Positions 1-9,575 of a DNA stretch of 64,000 bases are shown here, piece by piece. This DNA is from Candidatus Latescibacterota bacterium (lineage in GTDB: Bacteria; Latescibacterota; UBA2968): the NCBI GenBank assembly GCA_965205975.1, contig OZ242195.1, forward strand, positions 4,064,001 to 4,128,000, in the 5' to 3' direction. Under the pieces are notes generated by a model. That model made no database searches. It was not told the origin of the DNA and was given only the letters and a program-made list of their open reading frames with translations. Numbering within the stretch: position 1 is the first letter of the stretch; every line of letters begins with the position of its first letter. The position numbers and the translations under genes were made by a program.

Positions 1-6
1 CCGGCC

Positions 7-729
7 TCACCCATACCCCAACACCTTCAAATACGCCTTCACCGTATTCTCCAACCCCATAAAAACAGTATCTGCGATCAGCGCGTGACCAATAGACACC
101 TCGAGAACACCGGGAATCGTCACAAATTCCCCCAAATTATCGAGATTGAGATCGTGCCCGGCATTAACCCCCAGCCCCGCATCCTGTGCTGCGCGAGCCG
201 AATCCGCGTACTGCCGAAAAACAGGCCCCACATCGCCCCCGTCATAAGCAGAAGCATAAGACTCCGTATAAAGTTCAACGCGATCCGCACCCAGAGCCTT
301 TGCCAGAGCCATATCCTCTGACACCGGATCCATAAACAGAGAAACCCGAATACCCAGATCTTTCAACTCCGCAATAATCGGCACAAGCCGCTCGCCATCT
401 CGCCTCAAATCCCAACCGTGATCGGACGTACTCTGATCCGGTTCATCTGGCACCAGCGTACACTGATCGGGCACCACATCCCGCACCATATCCATAAACT
501 CGGGAAAGGGATTGCCCTCAATATTGTACTCCACCCCCGAAATCACCTCTTTCAACTCATAAACATCCGTCCTGCGAATATGCCGCTCGTCGGGCCGGGG
601 ATGCACCGTAATCCCATGCGCCCCCGCATCAATACACACCTGCGCCGCCCTTGTCACACTGGGAAAAGTAAGCGGCCTACTATTCCGCAACAGCGCCACC
701 CGATTCAAATTCACACTGAGTTTGGTCAT
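7..729 (-). CDS. pdxJ: Pyridoxine 5'-phosphate synthase
   Basis: LSVNLN..A.LRN, GITVHPRPDERHI, TLVP, VSLF.DP, VELYT, NAGHDL and EVSIGHALI motifs. Confidence 0.97.
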   Translation of the reverse strand: MTKLSVNLNRVALLRNSRPLTFPSVTRAAQVCIDAGAHGITVHPRPDERHIRRTDVYELKEVISGVEYNIEGNPFPEFMDMVRDVVPDQCTLVPDEPDQSTSDHGWDLRRDGERLVPIIAELKDLGIRVSLFMDPVSEDMALAKALGADRVELYTESYASAYDGGDVGPVFRQYADSARAAQDAGLGVNAGHDLNLDNLGEFVTIPGVLEVSIGHALIADTVFMGLENTVKAYLKVLGYG

Positions 730-863
730 TGTAATTCCTATTAAAAAGGTGAGACATGATCTGGATTACTGGCGTTGTAGCCTACGCCTGTGTCCATTTC
801 CTACTTCACAGTGAACTGGTCTGGGAAACGACCAGTTGTACACCGTTCCCTACTTCACACTTC

Positions 864-1445
864 TCACGGCGCCAGCAAAGCGCGCCTCCACGCGCCATCA
901 TCTTGCCGAACATACAAAAACCGATCGTGCAACCGATCATCCCTATTCACCCAAAATTCAAACCGATCGGGAACCACCCGATAGCCCCCCCAAAAATCCG
1001 GCAACGGCACATCCTCTCCCGGATATTTACGATCCAATTCTGCCACGCGACCTTCCAAAAATGCCCGATCGGGAATCGCCTCGCTTTGCGGAGACGCCCA
1101 CGCACTCAAACGACTACCCCGGGGACGCGAATCAAAATACGCTTTAGACACCTCATCCGAAACAGCCTCAACCCGTCCCTCAATACGCACCTGCCTGACC
1201 AGCGACTTCCAGTGAAACAGCAGGGCAGCCCTGGGATTCTCCGCCAACTCATCTGCCTTGCGACTCTCCAGATTCGTAAAAAACACAAACCCATCCCGAT
1301 CGCACTGCTTCACCAGCACCATACGCACCGAAGGCTTTCCATCGCGCGTCGCCGTCGCCAGAGCCACGGCCTCGGGCAGCGTCGGCTCCGAAGCCCTCGC
1401 CTCTTCAAACCACATCTCAAACTGAACAAAAGGATCTGGATTCAT
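864..1445 (-). CDS. pdxH: Pyridoxamine/pyridoxine 5'-phosphate oxidase
   Basis: PSVRMVL, FFTN..SRK, RQVRIEG, YF.SRP, WGGY, EFW...DRLHDR motifs; adjacent to pdxJ. Confidence 0.96.
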   Translation of the reverse strand: MNPDPFVQFEMWFEEARASEPTLPEAVALATATRDGKPSVRMVLVKQCDRDGFVFFTNLESRKADELAENPRAALLFHWKSLVRQVRIEGRVEAVSDEVSKAYFDSRPRGSRLSAWASPQSEAIPDRAFLEGRVAELDRKYPGEDVPLPDFWGGYRVVPDRFEFWVNRDDRLHDRFLYVRQDDGAWRRALLAP

Positions 1446-1950
1446 ATTTTTTCCTGAGTGACTTAATCAAATAAATGCGCGTCTCTCGCCAGTTGCTCTG
1501 CCCACCATTGGCATCAGTATAAACACCCCGAGCCAAATACGGCTCCCATCCCGCATCCTTGTACCCGCGGCGAGCGTACAAATTGAGCGCAGGATGATTC
1601 TTCACGTAAACGCACAGACCAATATTCTCATAGCCCCGCTGAAAAGTAATCCGCTCACACACCTCTAACAACCGCGACGCAATGCCCCTTCGCCGATAAT
1701 CTGGATGCACAAAAAGCGACGACACCTCGGGCCATGGTCGCACTTGCGGCGGCACGCCAGCAGCATCGCCACCTTCCCAATTGAGCAACACCTGAGCCAC
1801 CGGCAAATTGCCCCGCCATGCCACGAAAAAAATGAGCCTGCCGGATTCCTGTAGCATAAACCGCCGCCGCTGCGTTTCTTTACGACTAAACGGCAAATAC
1901 TGAAGCCGAAACACTTCAGACGATTTCAGAGACCGAATATCAATATCCAT
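1417..1950 (-). CDS. GNAT family N-acetyltransferase
   Basis: LFVHPDYRRRGIASRLL acetyl-CoA motif; N.PA..LY...GY. Confidence 0.9.
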   Translation of the reverse strand: MDIDIRSLKSSEVFRLQYLPFSRKETQRRRFMLQESGRLIFFVAWRGNLPVAQVLLNWEGGDAAGVPPQVRPWPEVSSLFVHPDYRRRGIASRLLEVCERITFQRGYENIGLCVYVKNHPALNLYARRGYKDAGWEPYLARGVYTDANGGQSNWRETRIYLIKSLRKKYESRSFCSV

Positions 1951-1988
1951 AAAAGTAAATTATACCGAACACCGCCCCAATATGCAAG

Positions 1989-2024
1989 ACACCGCGACGT
2001 ACAATTTTCGCTCGCTCAGTCTAA
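1989..2024 (+). promoter_or_regulatory. Candidate ECF-sigma promoter, copy 1 (copy 2 at 6085-6120)
   Basis: ACACCG(C/T)GACGTACAATTTTC-N9-GTCTAA occurs twice with the same spacing and a diverged spacer. Confidence 0.45.
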
Positions 2025-2053
2025 GTCATATAACACATAACCGGAGCACTTTC

Positions 2054-2617
2054 ATGAACCATCTCATCTTGATCAAACACGCCCAGCCTCAAATCGACAA
2101 AACAAAATCCGCCCCAGACTGGCAACTATCGGACAGCGGACGCGCAAGTTGCACCCCTCTCGCCGAAGCATTGCGCCCCTACAAACCAGACCTCCTCATC
2201 ACAAGCGAAGAACCCAAAGCACGAGAAACGGGTCAACGCGTCGCCGACATCCTTCAAATCCCCTATACATCAGCACCCAACCTTCACGAACACGACCGCA
2301 AAGGCGTCCCCTTTATCCCCCCAGAAACATGGCACACCACCGTAAAAACCTTCTTCGCACGCCCCAACGACCTGATATTCGGCAATGAAACAGCACATCA
2401 GGCCCGCACGCGATTCACTCAAGCCGTTGAAAAAGCAGTGAAAACACACCCGCACAAAACCATCGCCATCGCCACCCACGGCACCGTCATCTCTCTATTC
2501 ACCGCCCAAAAAACCCGGACAAATGGCTTCGACCTCTGGCAACAACTAAACCTCCCATCTTATGTGGTATTCGACCTGCCTGATTACAAATTGAACACCA
2601 TTGTAACAGAAATATGA
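2054..2617 (+). CDS. Histidine phosphatase (phosphoglycerate mutase-like) family protein
   Basis: LILIKHA (RH variant), TS.E.KA.ET, L.E, IATHG; ATG 2054 with GGAG RBS. Confidence 0.85.
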   Translation: MNHLILIKHAQPQIDKTKSAPDWQLSDSGRASCTPLAEALRPYKPDLLITSEEPKARETGQRVADILQIPYTSAPNLHEHDRKGVPFIPPETWHTTVKTFFARPNDLIFGNETAHQARTRFTQAVEKAVKTHPHKTIAIATHGTVISLFTAQKTRTNGFDLWQQLNLPSYVVFDLPDYKLNTIVTEI

Positions 2618-3048
2618 GGATTCGGAATGAGGAGCGCGAACAAGTGCGACTTGCAAACAAATTGCACGCGGCCTTTGAAACCGAGCCTCTTGAGGATGGT
2701 ATGCACCATAAGGCTGAGGACATTATAGGACAGGCATTGCAATCTGGGGAAGACGTACGCATTCTCGAATGGTTGAGAGCCTTTTCCTTAGATGATACGC
2801 AACCGAGTTTCGCAGCGTCCATTCTGCGTTGTCTTCGTCGCCAGGAATATTTAGGAACAAGCTCATGGCGTTCTGAACTCGTACGCGATGCGTTAGCTTT
2901 AGATGATGTGGAGATTAGGGATGCCGCCGTTCAAGCAGCGGAATTGTGGGGCGATAGTGACATTCTGCCAGTTCTGAAATCGCATTCTGAGCCAGAATCG
3001 TGGCTGCGAGATTATATTTCTGACGTCATTGACGACCTTGGGGAATAG
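2614..3048 (+). CDS. Hypothetical protein with HEAT-like helical C-terminus
   Basis: 144-aa ORF with ATGA overlap; DDVEIRDAAVQAAE resembles a HEAT repeat. Confidence 0.55.
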   Translation: MRIRNEEREQVRLANKLHAAFETEPLEDGMHHKAEDIIGQALQSGEDVRILEWLRAFSLDDTQPSFAASILRCLRRQEYLGTSSWRSELVRDALALDDVEIRDAAVQAAELWGDSDILPVLKSHSEPESWLRDYISDVIDDLGE

Positions 3049-3065
3049 ACGCGACCAATTCTGCT

Positions 3066-3119
3066 CTAATTACGTGACTGCACCGAACCGCGCACGGGCG
3101 TGTTAGCGGACGGCCACAC
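3066..3119 (-). mobile_element. attC-like imperfect palindrome downstream of nucleotidyltransferase gene
   Basis: Minus strand CCGCTAAC-ACG...TGCGC/GTGCA...CGT-AATTAG; 3102-3119 is a 17/18 inverted repeat of 3961-3978. Confidence 0.45.
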
Positions 3120-3937
3120 TATATTTCGCCAATCATATCCTTGACCCTACATATACCATACTCGCTTACCTTCCAGGTCAATCCAAGTCGTGAACCGATT
3201 TCCCTGCGCTGCTCCTCATGTAGTTCCGCCAGGTTATAGTAAGCCTTCTTGAGTGAATTCCGTGTTGGCTGTGGGAATAGGGTCGCAAATCGGCCAGCCA
3301 GGTGCGATGGCATCCGCTGCTCGAACTGCCTGGGCGTGAATTTGTGTTCTCCCTGTAGATATGCATGCCATTTCTCCACGATGTTGCGTAGATCGGCAAA
3401 CGACCAGGCTGCGGAATAGTACTCACCACGCTTCGTGTGCAAAACAACATACACAAGCCAAGCCCAGAGACGTTCGTCTTCATGGATCAACAGTTCTTCA
3501 CTGAGAGTCGGCCTGTTCTCGCGGCGTACCTTATCATTCGAAACTTGACACCATTCTTCAAGCCTGTCTGACTTCGACCAGATAAGATGAAAGGGCCCTC
3601 CCTTCCAACCTGGCAAGTCCTCCTCTATGTACAGATTGATGTCTGCCTTGACGCACGGCTCGAAAAGATAGATAACGAAATACTCCTTGATGTGATCTGC
3701 ATCAAATCGGTGGAACCACGGTTCGGTCGCCCAATTCCACCTTTTAGACCAGACAGCATCTCGGATTTTCTGGGAATCAAGAACAACCCCTAAATCAAGG
3801 TCGGATTGCTCGTCCATTTCCCCGGTAGCTTGACTTCCGCTGACGAAGATGCCGATGACTCTGTCTATTTTCCGAAAGTGTCGCAATAGACTGTCAAAAA
3901 CGCGTCTGTGCTCAGGGAGATTGACTATATCGAGCAT
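3119..3937 (-). CDS. Pol-beta-like nucleotidyltransferase (aminoglycoside/lincosamide adenylyltransferase-like fold)
   Basis: GSQATGEMDEQSDLDL motif plus helical C-terminal domain. Confidence 0.75.
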   Translation of the reverse strand: MLDIVNLPEHRRVFDSLLRHFRKIDRVIGIFVSGSQATGEMDEQSDLDLGVVLDSQKIRDAVWSKRWNWATEPWFHRFDADHIKEYFVIYLFEPCVKADINLYIEEDLPGWKGGPFHLIWSKSDRLEEWCQVSNDKVRRENRPTLSEELLIHEDERLWAWLVYVVLHTKRGEYYSAAWSFADLRNIVEKWHAYLQGEHKFTPRQFEQRMPSHLAGRFATLFPQPTRNSLKKAYYNLAELHEEQRREIGSRLGLTWKVSEYGICRVKDMIGEI

Positions 3938-4280
3938 CAGGAGAATCCTTTGCCAGTATTGTGTGGCTGTCCGCTAACTACGTTATTCACGCACCAGTTC
4001 AGTTATACCATCAATATACAGGCACTACGCGAAAGTGTGCAAACGCGTTTTCGGACGAGGAATTTGTGAATAGGCTCGGGGTAGGATCACGCTTTGGGCT
4101 TTCCGCATTGAGACATTTTGAAGGGATTAAATTTTGCATATAATTATCGTTATACGCAAAAACGTCATTGCAAGTCCCTGTTTTTTCAAGTAAATTGCAA
4201 ATAGGCATTTATCATTATACGCAAAAAGCGGATGGGCAATTCGCCCGGTTCGACAGCGCGTTTTAGGAAATACTCAGGGT

Positions 4281-4619
4281 ATGAATGCGAAAGAACAAAA
4301 AATTACAGAACCGCTTTTGGATGAGATCGCAAACAAAATTGTCGAACACTTTCATCCAGATCAGATTATCCTCTTTGGCTCTCATGCTTATGGCGAGCCA
4401 AAGACCGATAGCGATTTAGATTTGTTCGTCATTATGGATACAGATTTGCGTCCAACCGCGCGCAGTGCCGCAATTGCTCGTATTTGTCGTCCCAAATACG
4501 TTGCGATGGATATTGTCGTGCGTACACCTGAAGAAATTCAAACCCATCTGCAAAACTTTGATCCCTTTCTCGAGGAAATATTCAAACTTGGACGCACCCT
4601 CTACAAATCCGCCGGGTGA
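4281..4619 (+). CDS. Minimal nucleotidyltransferase (MNT, antitoxin-type)
   Basis: IILFGSHAYG.P..DSDLDLFVI motif; 112 aa. Confidence 0.88.
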   Translation: MNAKEQKITEPLLDEIANKIVEHFHPDQIILFGSHAYGEPKTDSDLDLFVIMDTDLRPTARSAAIARICRPKYVAMDIVVRTPEEIQTHLQNFDPFLEEIFKLGRTLYKSAG

Positions 4620-4782
4620 TATACAAGCGTGGGTCTATGTTGAATCTCGAAGATGCATGATATCCTGCTCTATTGAACAAATTGGCGCATTGCGAACGCA
4701 TCTGTTCTACCAGTCGTATCCACCTGAGCAAATTCTCCAGACACTGTCTGGAGAATCTGAATCCAGACAGGAGGATTAAACT

Positions 4783-5130
4783 ATGATGCTGAATACATCA
4801 GCAGTAGAGATTGATGAAAGTGGTATATCTATAAGCAAGATAGACAATAATGTTACTGTCAGAGGCTCACTACAGAACCATCACGCTGAAAAGGTTAAAG
4901 TCATATTTTCCGCTGTCGTATTCTTAGCGGATGTGCGGATAGCCGATAAGGGTGACAGAAATTTTTCTTTTGGGAGAAACGATATTCTTCATGAATTTTA
5001 CCTTTCAGAAGAACTCGATGCACAAGAGCACAAACCATTTGAATCTATCCCTTATGAAATTAATGAGTCGGACGCCGACAACGCCATGCTTGCGTATTAT
5101 ACCACAGTGCTTGCGGTCTCTGAGTTATGA
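4783..5130 (+). CDS. Hypothetical protein
   Basis: 115-aa ORF with AGGAGG RBS. Confidence 0.55.
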   Translation: MMLNTSAVEIDESGISISKIDNNVTVRGSLQNHHAEKVKVIFSAVVFLADVRIADKGDRNFSFGRNDILHEFYLSEELDAQEHKPFESIPYEINESDADNAMLAYYTTVLAVSEL

Positions 5131-5148
5131 TTGGAACGAAGGAGAACC

Positions 5149-6066
5149 ATGAAACGAACGCAATGGTTACTCTTGATCTATACTGCAATCTCTCTAAACA
5201 GTACCTTTGCAGAAGAGCACGCGAAGAACGCACCAGTCTCCCTAACCTCCCGGTGGGCGATTCCCGATTCTACTCAAATACAGGTACTTGAAACAACCGA
5301 TGGATCGACAAATATCGGACGCATTGTGGAAATTGGTACTGAAGAGATCGCATTTAAGACAGACCTGGGCATTATCCACATCCCTATTTCAAAGATCAAA
5401 CACATTGAAACAGTGTCTGCCGACTTAATACGAAAGGGAGAATTCTGGTTCCCAAATCCCAATATAACACGCCTATTCTTTGCACCTACGGCGCGCATGT
5501 TGAAACAGGGCAAAGGTTATTTTGCCGATTATTATCTCTTTTTTCCGGGCTTTGCTTATGGGATCACAGACCGCTTTACTCTGGGAGGTGGACTTTCCAT
5601 CTTTCCCACCGTGGATATAAATGACCAATTATTTTTTCTTGCACCAAAATTCGGATTAGTACAGGAAAAGACTTTCTCCTTAGCCATAGGCGCACTTCTC
5701 GTGCGTATTCCCAATTATGAGAATGATGCCTCGCAAGATGACCCTGAAGTCGCGGGCATATTATATGGTGTAACAACATTTGGGCAACCCGATGCCAGCC
5801 TGACTGCAGGACTTGGTTATGGTTTTGTGGAGGGAGACCTCGCAGATCGTCCCATGGTAATGATTGGGGGAGAGAAGCGCTTGACGCGACGGACGGCATT
5901 TGTTACAGAAAACTGGATCTTTCCCGGCATAGACGAACCCTTGATCTCTTATGGAATAAGATTCTTTGGCAAACGATTAAGCGTAGATCTGGGACTGATC
6001 AATACAATCGGAGAAGGCGCAATTTTTCCCGGCGTTCCGTATATTGATTTTGTCGTCCAGTTTTGA
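5149..6066 (+). CDS. Exported, probable outer-membrane beta-barrel protein of unknown function
   Basis: Signal-peptide-like MKRTQWLLLI..., amphipathic beta-strand pattern, C-terminal Phe; AAGGAG RBS. Confidence 0.7.
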   Translation: MKRTQWLLLIYTAISLNSTFAEEHAKNAPVSLTSRWAIPDSTQIQVLETTDGSTNIGRIVEIGTEEIAFKTDLGIIHIPISKIKHIETVSADLIRKGEFWFPNPNITRLFFAPTARMLKQGKGYFADYYLFFPGFAYGITDRFTLGGGLSIFPTVDINDQLFFLAPKFGLVQEKTFSLAIGALLVRIPNYENDASQDDPEVAGILYGVTTFGQPDASLTAGLGYGFVEGDLADRPMVMIGGEKRLTRRTAFVTENWIFPGIDEPLISYGIRFFGKRLSVDLGLINTIGEGAIFPGVPYIDFVVQF

Positions 6067-6084
6067 TTACGCACTTTTTGCCGT

Positions 6085-6120
6085 ACACCGTGACGTACAA
6101 TTTTCACCTGTCCGGTCTAA
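6085..6120 (+). promoter_or_regulatory. Candidate ECF-sigma promoter, copy 2
   Basis: 20/21 match to 1989-2009 with GTCTAA at the same offset. Confidence 0.45.
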
Positions 6121-6130
6121 TATACAGGCT

Positions 6131-6156
6131 GGGACGGCACAAGGGACGGCCCCTAC
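6131..6156 (-). repeat. GTAG-type REP-like element (degenerate)
   Basis: GTAGGGGCCGTCCCTTGTGCCGTCCC; same 26-nt frame as 7628-7653 and 48310-48335. Confidence 0.6.
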
Positions 6157-6237
6157 GATGACATTGTAATCGTCCGCTGACCGCCGCCCCGCCTCATTTT
6201 CCAAAAAATAATTTTTTTGTATGGTACAGATTTTTTC

Positions 6238-6266
6238 TTGCACGAAAATACAGAACGGGCTATATT
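6238..6266 (+). promoter_or_regulatory. Sigma70-type promoter
   Basis: TTGCAC-N17-TATATT. Confidence 0.6.
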
Positions 6267-6450
6267 GTCCAATCCCAAAAACAAAAGCCCTCTGATATTA
6301 GGAGATAAATACCTTAAATTACACATATTTAGGTAAAAATAGATGGTCTATTCACACTGCCATTATCCCTCCAGGAGGCGGCGATTATGCCCTGGAGACT
6401 AAAATTTTGCCAACCCCTGAGTGGGGTTTTTGGTGCCTACACCCTACGTG

Positions 6451-6485
6451 CCCGACATCGAGATAGATTCGATGTCGGGTTTTTT
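6451..6485 (+). terminator. Intrinsic terminator within the 5' leader of the ECF sigma gene
   Basis: Perfect 11-bp stem CCCGACATCGA/TCGATGTCGGG, 7-nt loop, T6 tail. Confidence 0.75.
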
Positions 6486-6579
6486 GTTGCCCTTCGGGGA
6501 CCACCCCAAACACCCATCGGTGCAGAACACAGCAGATGATCCAAAAAACAACATGACCTCACGACACAAGAGGAGTATC

Positions 6580-7146
6580 ATGGCACCGAACGAAGAACAG
6601 ACAATGGTACTAAAAGCGCGGATGGGTGATGGGATCGCATTTGGCAAATTGTACAAAGCAAACGTAGCCCGAATTTATGCAATCGTAGCCAGCCACACAA
6701 AAAACAAGGACGACATCGACGACCTCGTCCAAATCGCATTTATAAAAGCATACCAGGGACTCAACCGCTTTCGCGGTGACGCGGCATTCTCAACCTGGTT
6801 GACCCGCATAGCCGTGAACGTATGCCTCTCGCACTGCGAATCGCAATCTGTGCGACGCAAATGGACAACCTATTTTCACACCCCAGAAGGCATAGAAAAA
6901 ATCGCCCCATCCTGCGCCCAGGACCCGGAAACCGCCCTGCACGCACGAGAAAGCCAGCACCTCGTACGCAAAAGCATACAAACACTGCCGCAACAATATC
7001 GCGAAGCCATGCGCTTGCGCTATATCGAGGACTACTCGTATGCCGAAATCGAAAAAGCAATGCAAGTACCCATAGGCACCGTAAAAACCTGGCTGTACCG
7101 CGGAAAAATCCTGCTTCGAGAAACCATTGGAGAAAGGGAAATGTAA
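6580..7146 (+). CDS. ECF RNA polymerase sigma factor
   Basis: AFGKLY, DDLVQ.AFIKAY, FRGDAAFSTWLTRIA.N, LP...R.A..LRY...SY.EI...M..PIGTVKTWLYRG; GAGGAG RBS. Confidence 0.93.
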   Translation: MAPNEEQTMVLKARMGDGIAFGKLYKANVARIYAIVASHTKNKDDIDDLVQIAFIKAYQGLNRFRGDAAFSTWLTRIAVNVCLSHCESQSVRRKWTTYFHTPEGIEKIAPSCAQDPETALHARESQHLVRKSIQTLPQQYREAMRLRYIEDYSYAEIEKAMQVPIGTVKTWLYRGKILLRETIGEREM

Positions 7147-7159
7147 ATCGGAGACCCCC

Positions 7160-7552
7160 ATGACCAAATTCAGCACAAAATACCTGCCCCAAAAACCCGA
7201 CGTCACTGCACCCGACGGATCCGACGTCCGCATACTCCTCGTACTCAAAAACGGCGGCATGGCCCACTTTGAACTCCCCCCGGGAAAAACATCCATCGCC
7301 ATTGCCCACCGCACCGTCGAAGAAATCTGGTACATCATCACCGGACAGGGCGAAATGTGGCGCAAACAGGGCAACCGCGAAGAAATCGCATCCCTCGCCC
7401 CCGGCGTAACCCTCACCATACCACAGGGCACGCACTTCCAATTTCGCGCCCACAACAGCGAACCCCTGTGCGCCATCGCCATCACCATGCCCCCGTGGCC
7501 GGGCGACGATGAAGCCTACCGCGTACAGGGAAAATGGGAACCGAGGACATAA
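7160..7552 (+). CDS. Cupin domain protein
   Basis: H.TVEEIWYI..G.G and IP.GTHFQFR cupin motifs. Confidence 0.88.
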   Translation: MTKFSTKYLPQKPDVTAPDGSDVRILLVLKNGGMAHFELPPGKTSIAIAHRTVEEIWYIITGQGEMWRKQGNREEIASLAPGVTLTIPQGTHFQFRAHNSEPLCAIAITMPPWPGDDEAYRVQGKWEPRT

Positions 7553-7585
7553 AAAAAGCCTGTACCGTTCGTGGTACAGGCTTTT
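7551..7585. terminator. Bidirectional intrinsic terminator
   Basis: AAAAGCCTGTACC-gttcgt-GGTACAGGCTTTT between convergent genes. Confidence 0.8.
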
Positions 7586-7627
7586 GAAATACCCGTCTGT
7601 GTGATCTGGAATCATCTATCCCGCCAC

Positions 7628-7653
7628 GGGCGGGCACGGGGCCCCGCCCCTAC
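7628..7653 (-). repeat. GTAG-type REP-like element
   Basis: GTAGGGGCGGGGCCCCGTGCCCGCCC just after a stop codon. Confidence 0.7.
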
Positions 7654-7654
7654 A

Positions 7655-9421
7655 TCAAACTTCCTCATCCGGATCCTCAGCCGAAAGATCCTCTCCCCTG
7701 TGCAGTCGAAGTGCCAAATTCGCCGTCTGTCCCAACGCACGCGCCGTTGGTGCATGCGCTGCCAGATAGCGCGCCGCGCCCACCAGCGTAATCCATGCGC
7801 GCTCCTCATCCAACTCCTCTGCCTGGCTAAACGCCGACTCCAGCATCTGAAACGAATGAAACTCGGCATCTTCTCGCAGCAACACATGGCCCAACCGCTC
7901 GCACAAAGCACCGCGCGGATGACCCAGCGACAAATACCGATACGCAATCCGTCCCGCCTCATCCACCTGTGCCTGAGTATCGAGCAATGCCACAAAAGAA
8001 TCCAGCAACTCATCTGCATCCTCCGGCAACTGCTGGGTCGCGCGCTGATCCTGCGGCAAACGGGCGGCTGGCTTATTAAACCACCGATCAAAATACAGTG
8101 CCATTGCACCGTGAAAAATCCCCCGCGCCAGATCCAAAGACGGCGCGCGCTTTGCACATTGATGTAGCGCATTGGCCGCCGAATGCGTATGCAGCACAGC
8201 AATCCAATCGGCAAACTCATTCTTAATGTGAAACCGCGCAATCCGCAAAGCCGCTGCATAAGTCAGCGTCTGCGTCAACTGCGTCAGCGTCGCCCCCCCG
8301 GCAAACGCCGCCTTCAACCCATCCACAATCGCGTGCGGATCATCGCCTGACAAAACCTCCGTCAAAGCATCCGCATCGTCCCACGTCTTCCCCTCGCCCT
8401 CTCGCACCAGATCCTCAAGCTCATCAAACGCGCCGTTTAACAACGCCACCAGATCAACGGGACTGCGCCACCGATTGAGCTCCTCACTCCGCTGAGAACC
8501 CGAAAGCACCCCTACCAGCGACGGCAAAATCTCATCGGCCTTGTCCCATCCAATGCGCTCGAGCACCTCAAAACCCTTATTGATAAAATCCAGCACATGC
8601 CCGCCATCGCGATAAAAGTGATCCGTCGCTGCCGTCACCAGCATATCGCACGTCTCCGAAGGCGTTGCCCCCATCTGGATCGCCGTCAACAACGCGCGCT
8701 CCGCCCCATCGGCATTCCGCACCTCAATCAAATAGCGGAACCACGCCTTAATCCGCGCCAGCGTCAACTCCTCTGTCTCCAGAGGCGTAAAAACAATCCT
8801 CGGCGCTGCATTACTCGTTTCGCTCGCCACATGCAACAACCCCTGATACAACGCCAGAACCTGATCCTCGGGCGCCAGCTTTGGCACCACATTCGCCATA
8901 CACGTCAAAATCGTCAACCCCGGACCCCATCCCTGACGCCGCCTCAGCGCACCATACCGCGCGCCAATCTCCGCTATCTCATCGCCATCGACCCGCTGAC
9001 CCCGAAGCGCGATCACCGACTTGGCAATCACCAGATTGATATTCTGCTCCAAACTCTCGCTCAACCGCCGCTTCCAATGCCCCACCGGATCGGGATGCGT
9101 GGCATGCACATTGACATAAATCTCTCCATCCTGCACATCCACCGGATAACTCCGCACATCATCCGCAAACGGATCAAACGTACACCCACTCACCAGATCA
9201 AACCGCGCGTGATGCCAGTGGCAAATAATCAACCCATTGTGAATCGTCCCCTCACTCAGCGGATATCCCATATGCGGACACCGGTTATCCACCGCCCGGA
9301 TCTCGCCGTCCGACTTTGCCAGCGCAATCGCATAGCCCTCCACATTCACCGCCATAATCCCACCCTCGGGAATATCCTCCACACGCGCGCAGGGCACATA
9401 ATCAAGTGTCGTCACAGCCAT
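7655..9421 (-). CDS. Rieske [2Fe-2S] domain protein with large helical C-terminal region
   Basis: CPH...CHWH Rieske motif in the first ~110 aa; AGGAGG RBS before ATG 9421. Confidence 0.85.
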   Translation of the reverse strand: MAVTTLDYVPCARVEDIPEGGIMAVNVEGYAIALAKSDGEIRAVDNRCPHMGYPLSEGTIHNGLIICHWHHARFDLVSGCTFDPFADDVRSYPVDVQDGEIYVNVHATHPDPVGHWKRRLSESLEQNINLVIAKSVIALRGQRVDGDEIAEIGARYGALRRRQGWGPGLTILTCMANVVPKLAPEDQVLALYQGLLHVASETSNAAPRIVFTPLETEELTLARIKAWFRYLIEVRNADGAERALLTAIQMGATPSETCDMLVTAATDHFYRDGGHVLDFINKGFEVLERIGWDKADEILPSLVGVLSGSQRSEELNRWRSPVDLVALLNGAFDELEDLVREGEGKTWDDADALTEVLSGDDPHAIVDGLKAAFAGGATLTQLTQTLTYAAALRIARFHIKNEFADWIAVLHTHSAANALHQCAKRAPSLDLARGIFHGAMALYFDRWFNKPAARLPQDQRATQQLPEDADELLDSFVALLDTQAQVDEAGRIAYRYLSLGHPRGALCERLGHVLLREDAEFHSFQMLESAFSQAEELDEERAWITLVGAARYLAAHAPTARALGQTANLALRLHRGEDLSAEDPDEEV

Positions 9422-9575
9422 GGTATGCCTCCTTTTGAAAAGTAAGAAGTGAGAAGTAAGAAGTGAGAAGACCCAGCCCAACCACCCCATTGTCTCACCC
9501 CAAAAATACACCCTCCGAAATCCCAAAACACCGTCCCCAGGGACAAAAACAACCTGTCCTTTCGGACAGGTCATC

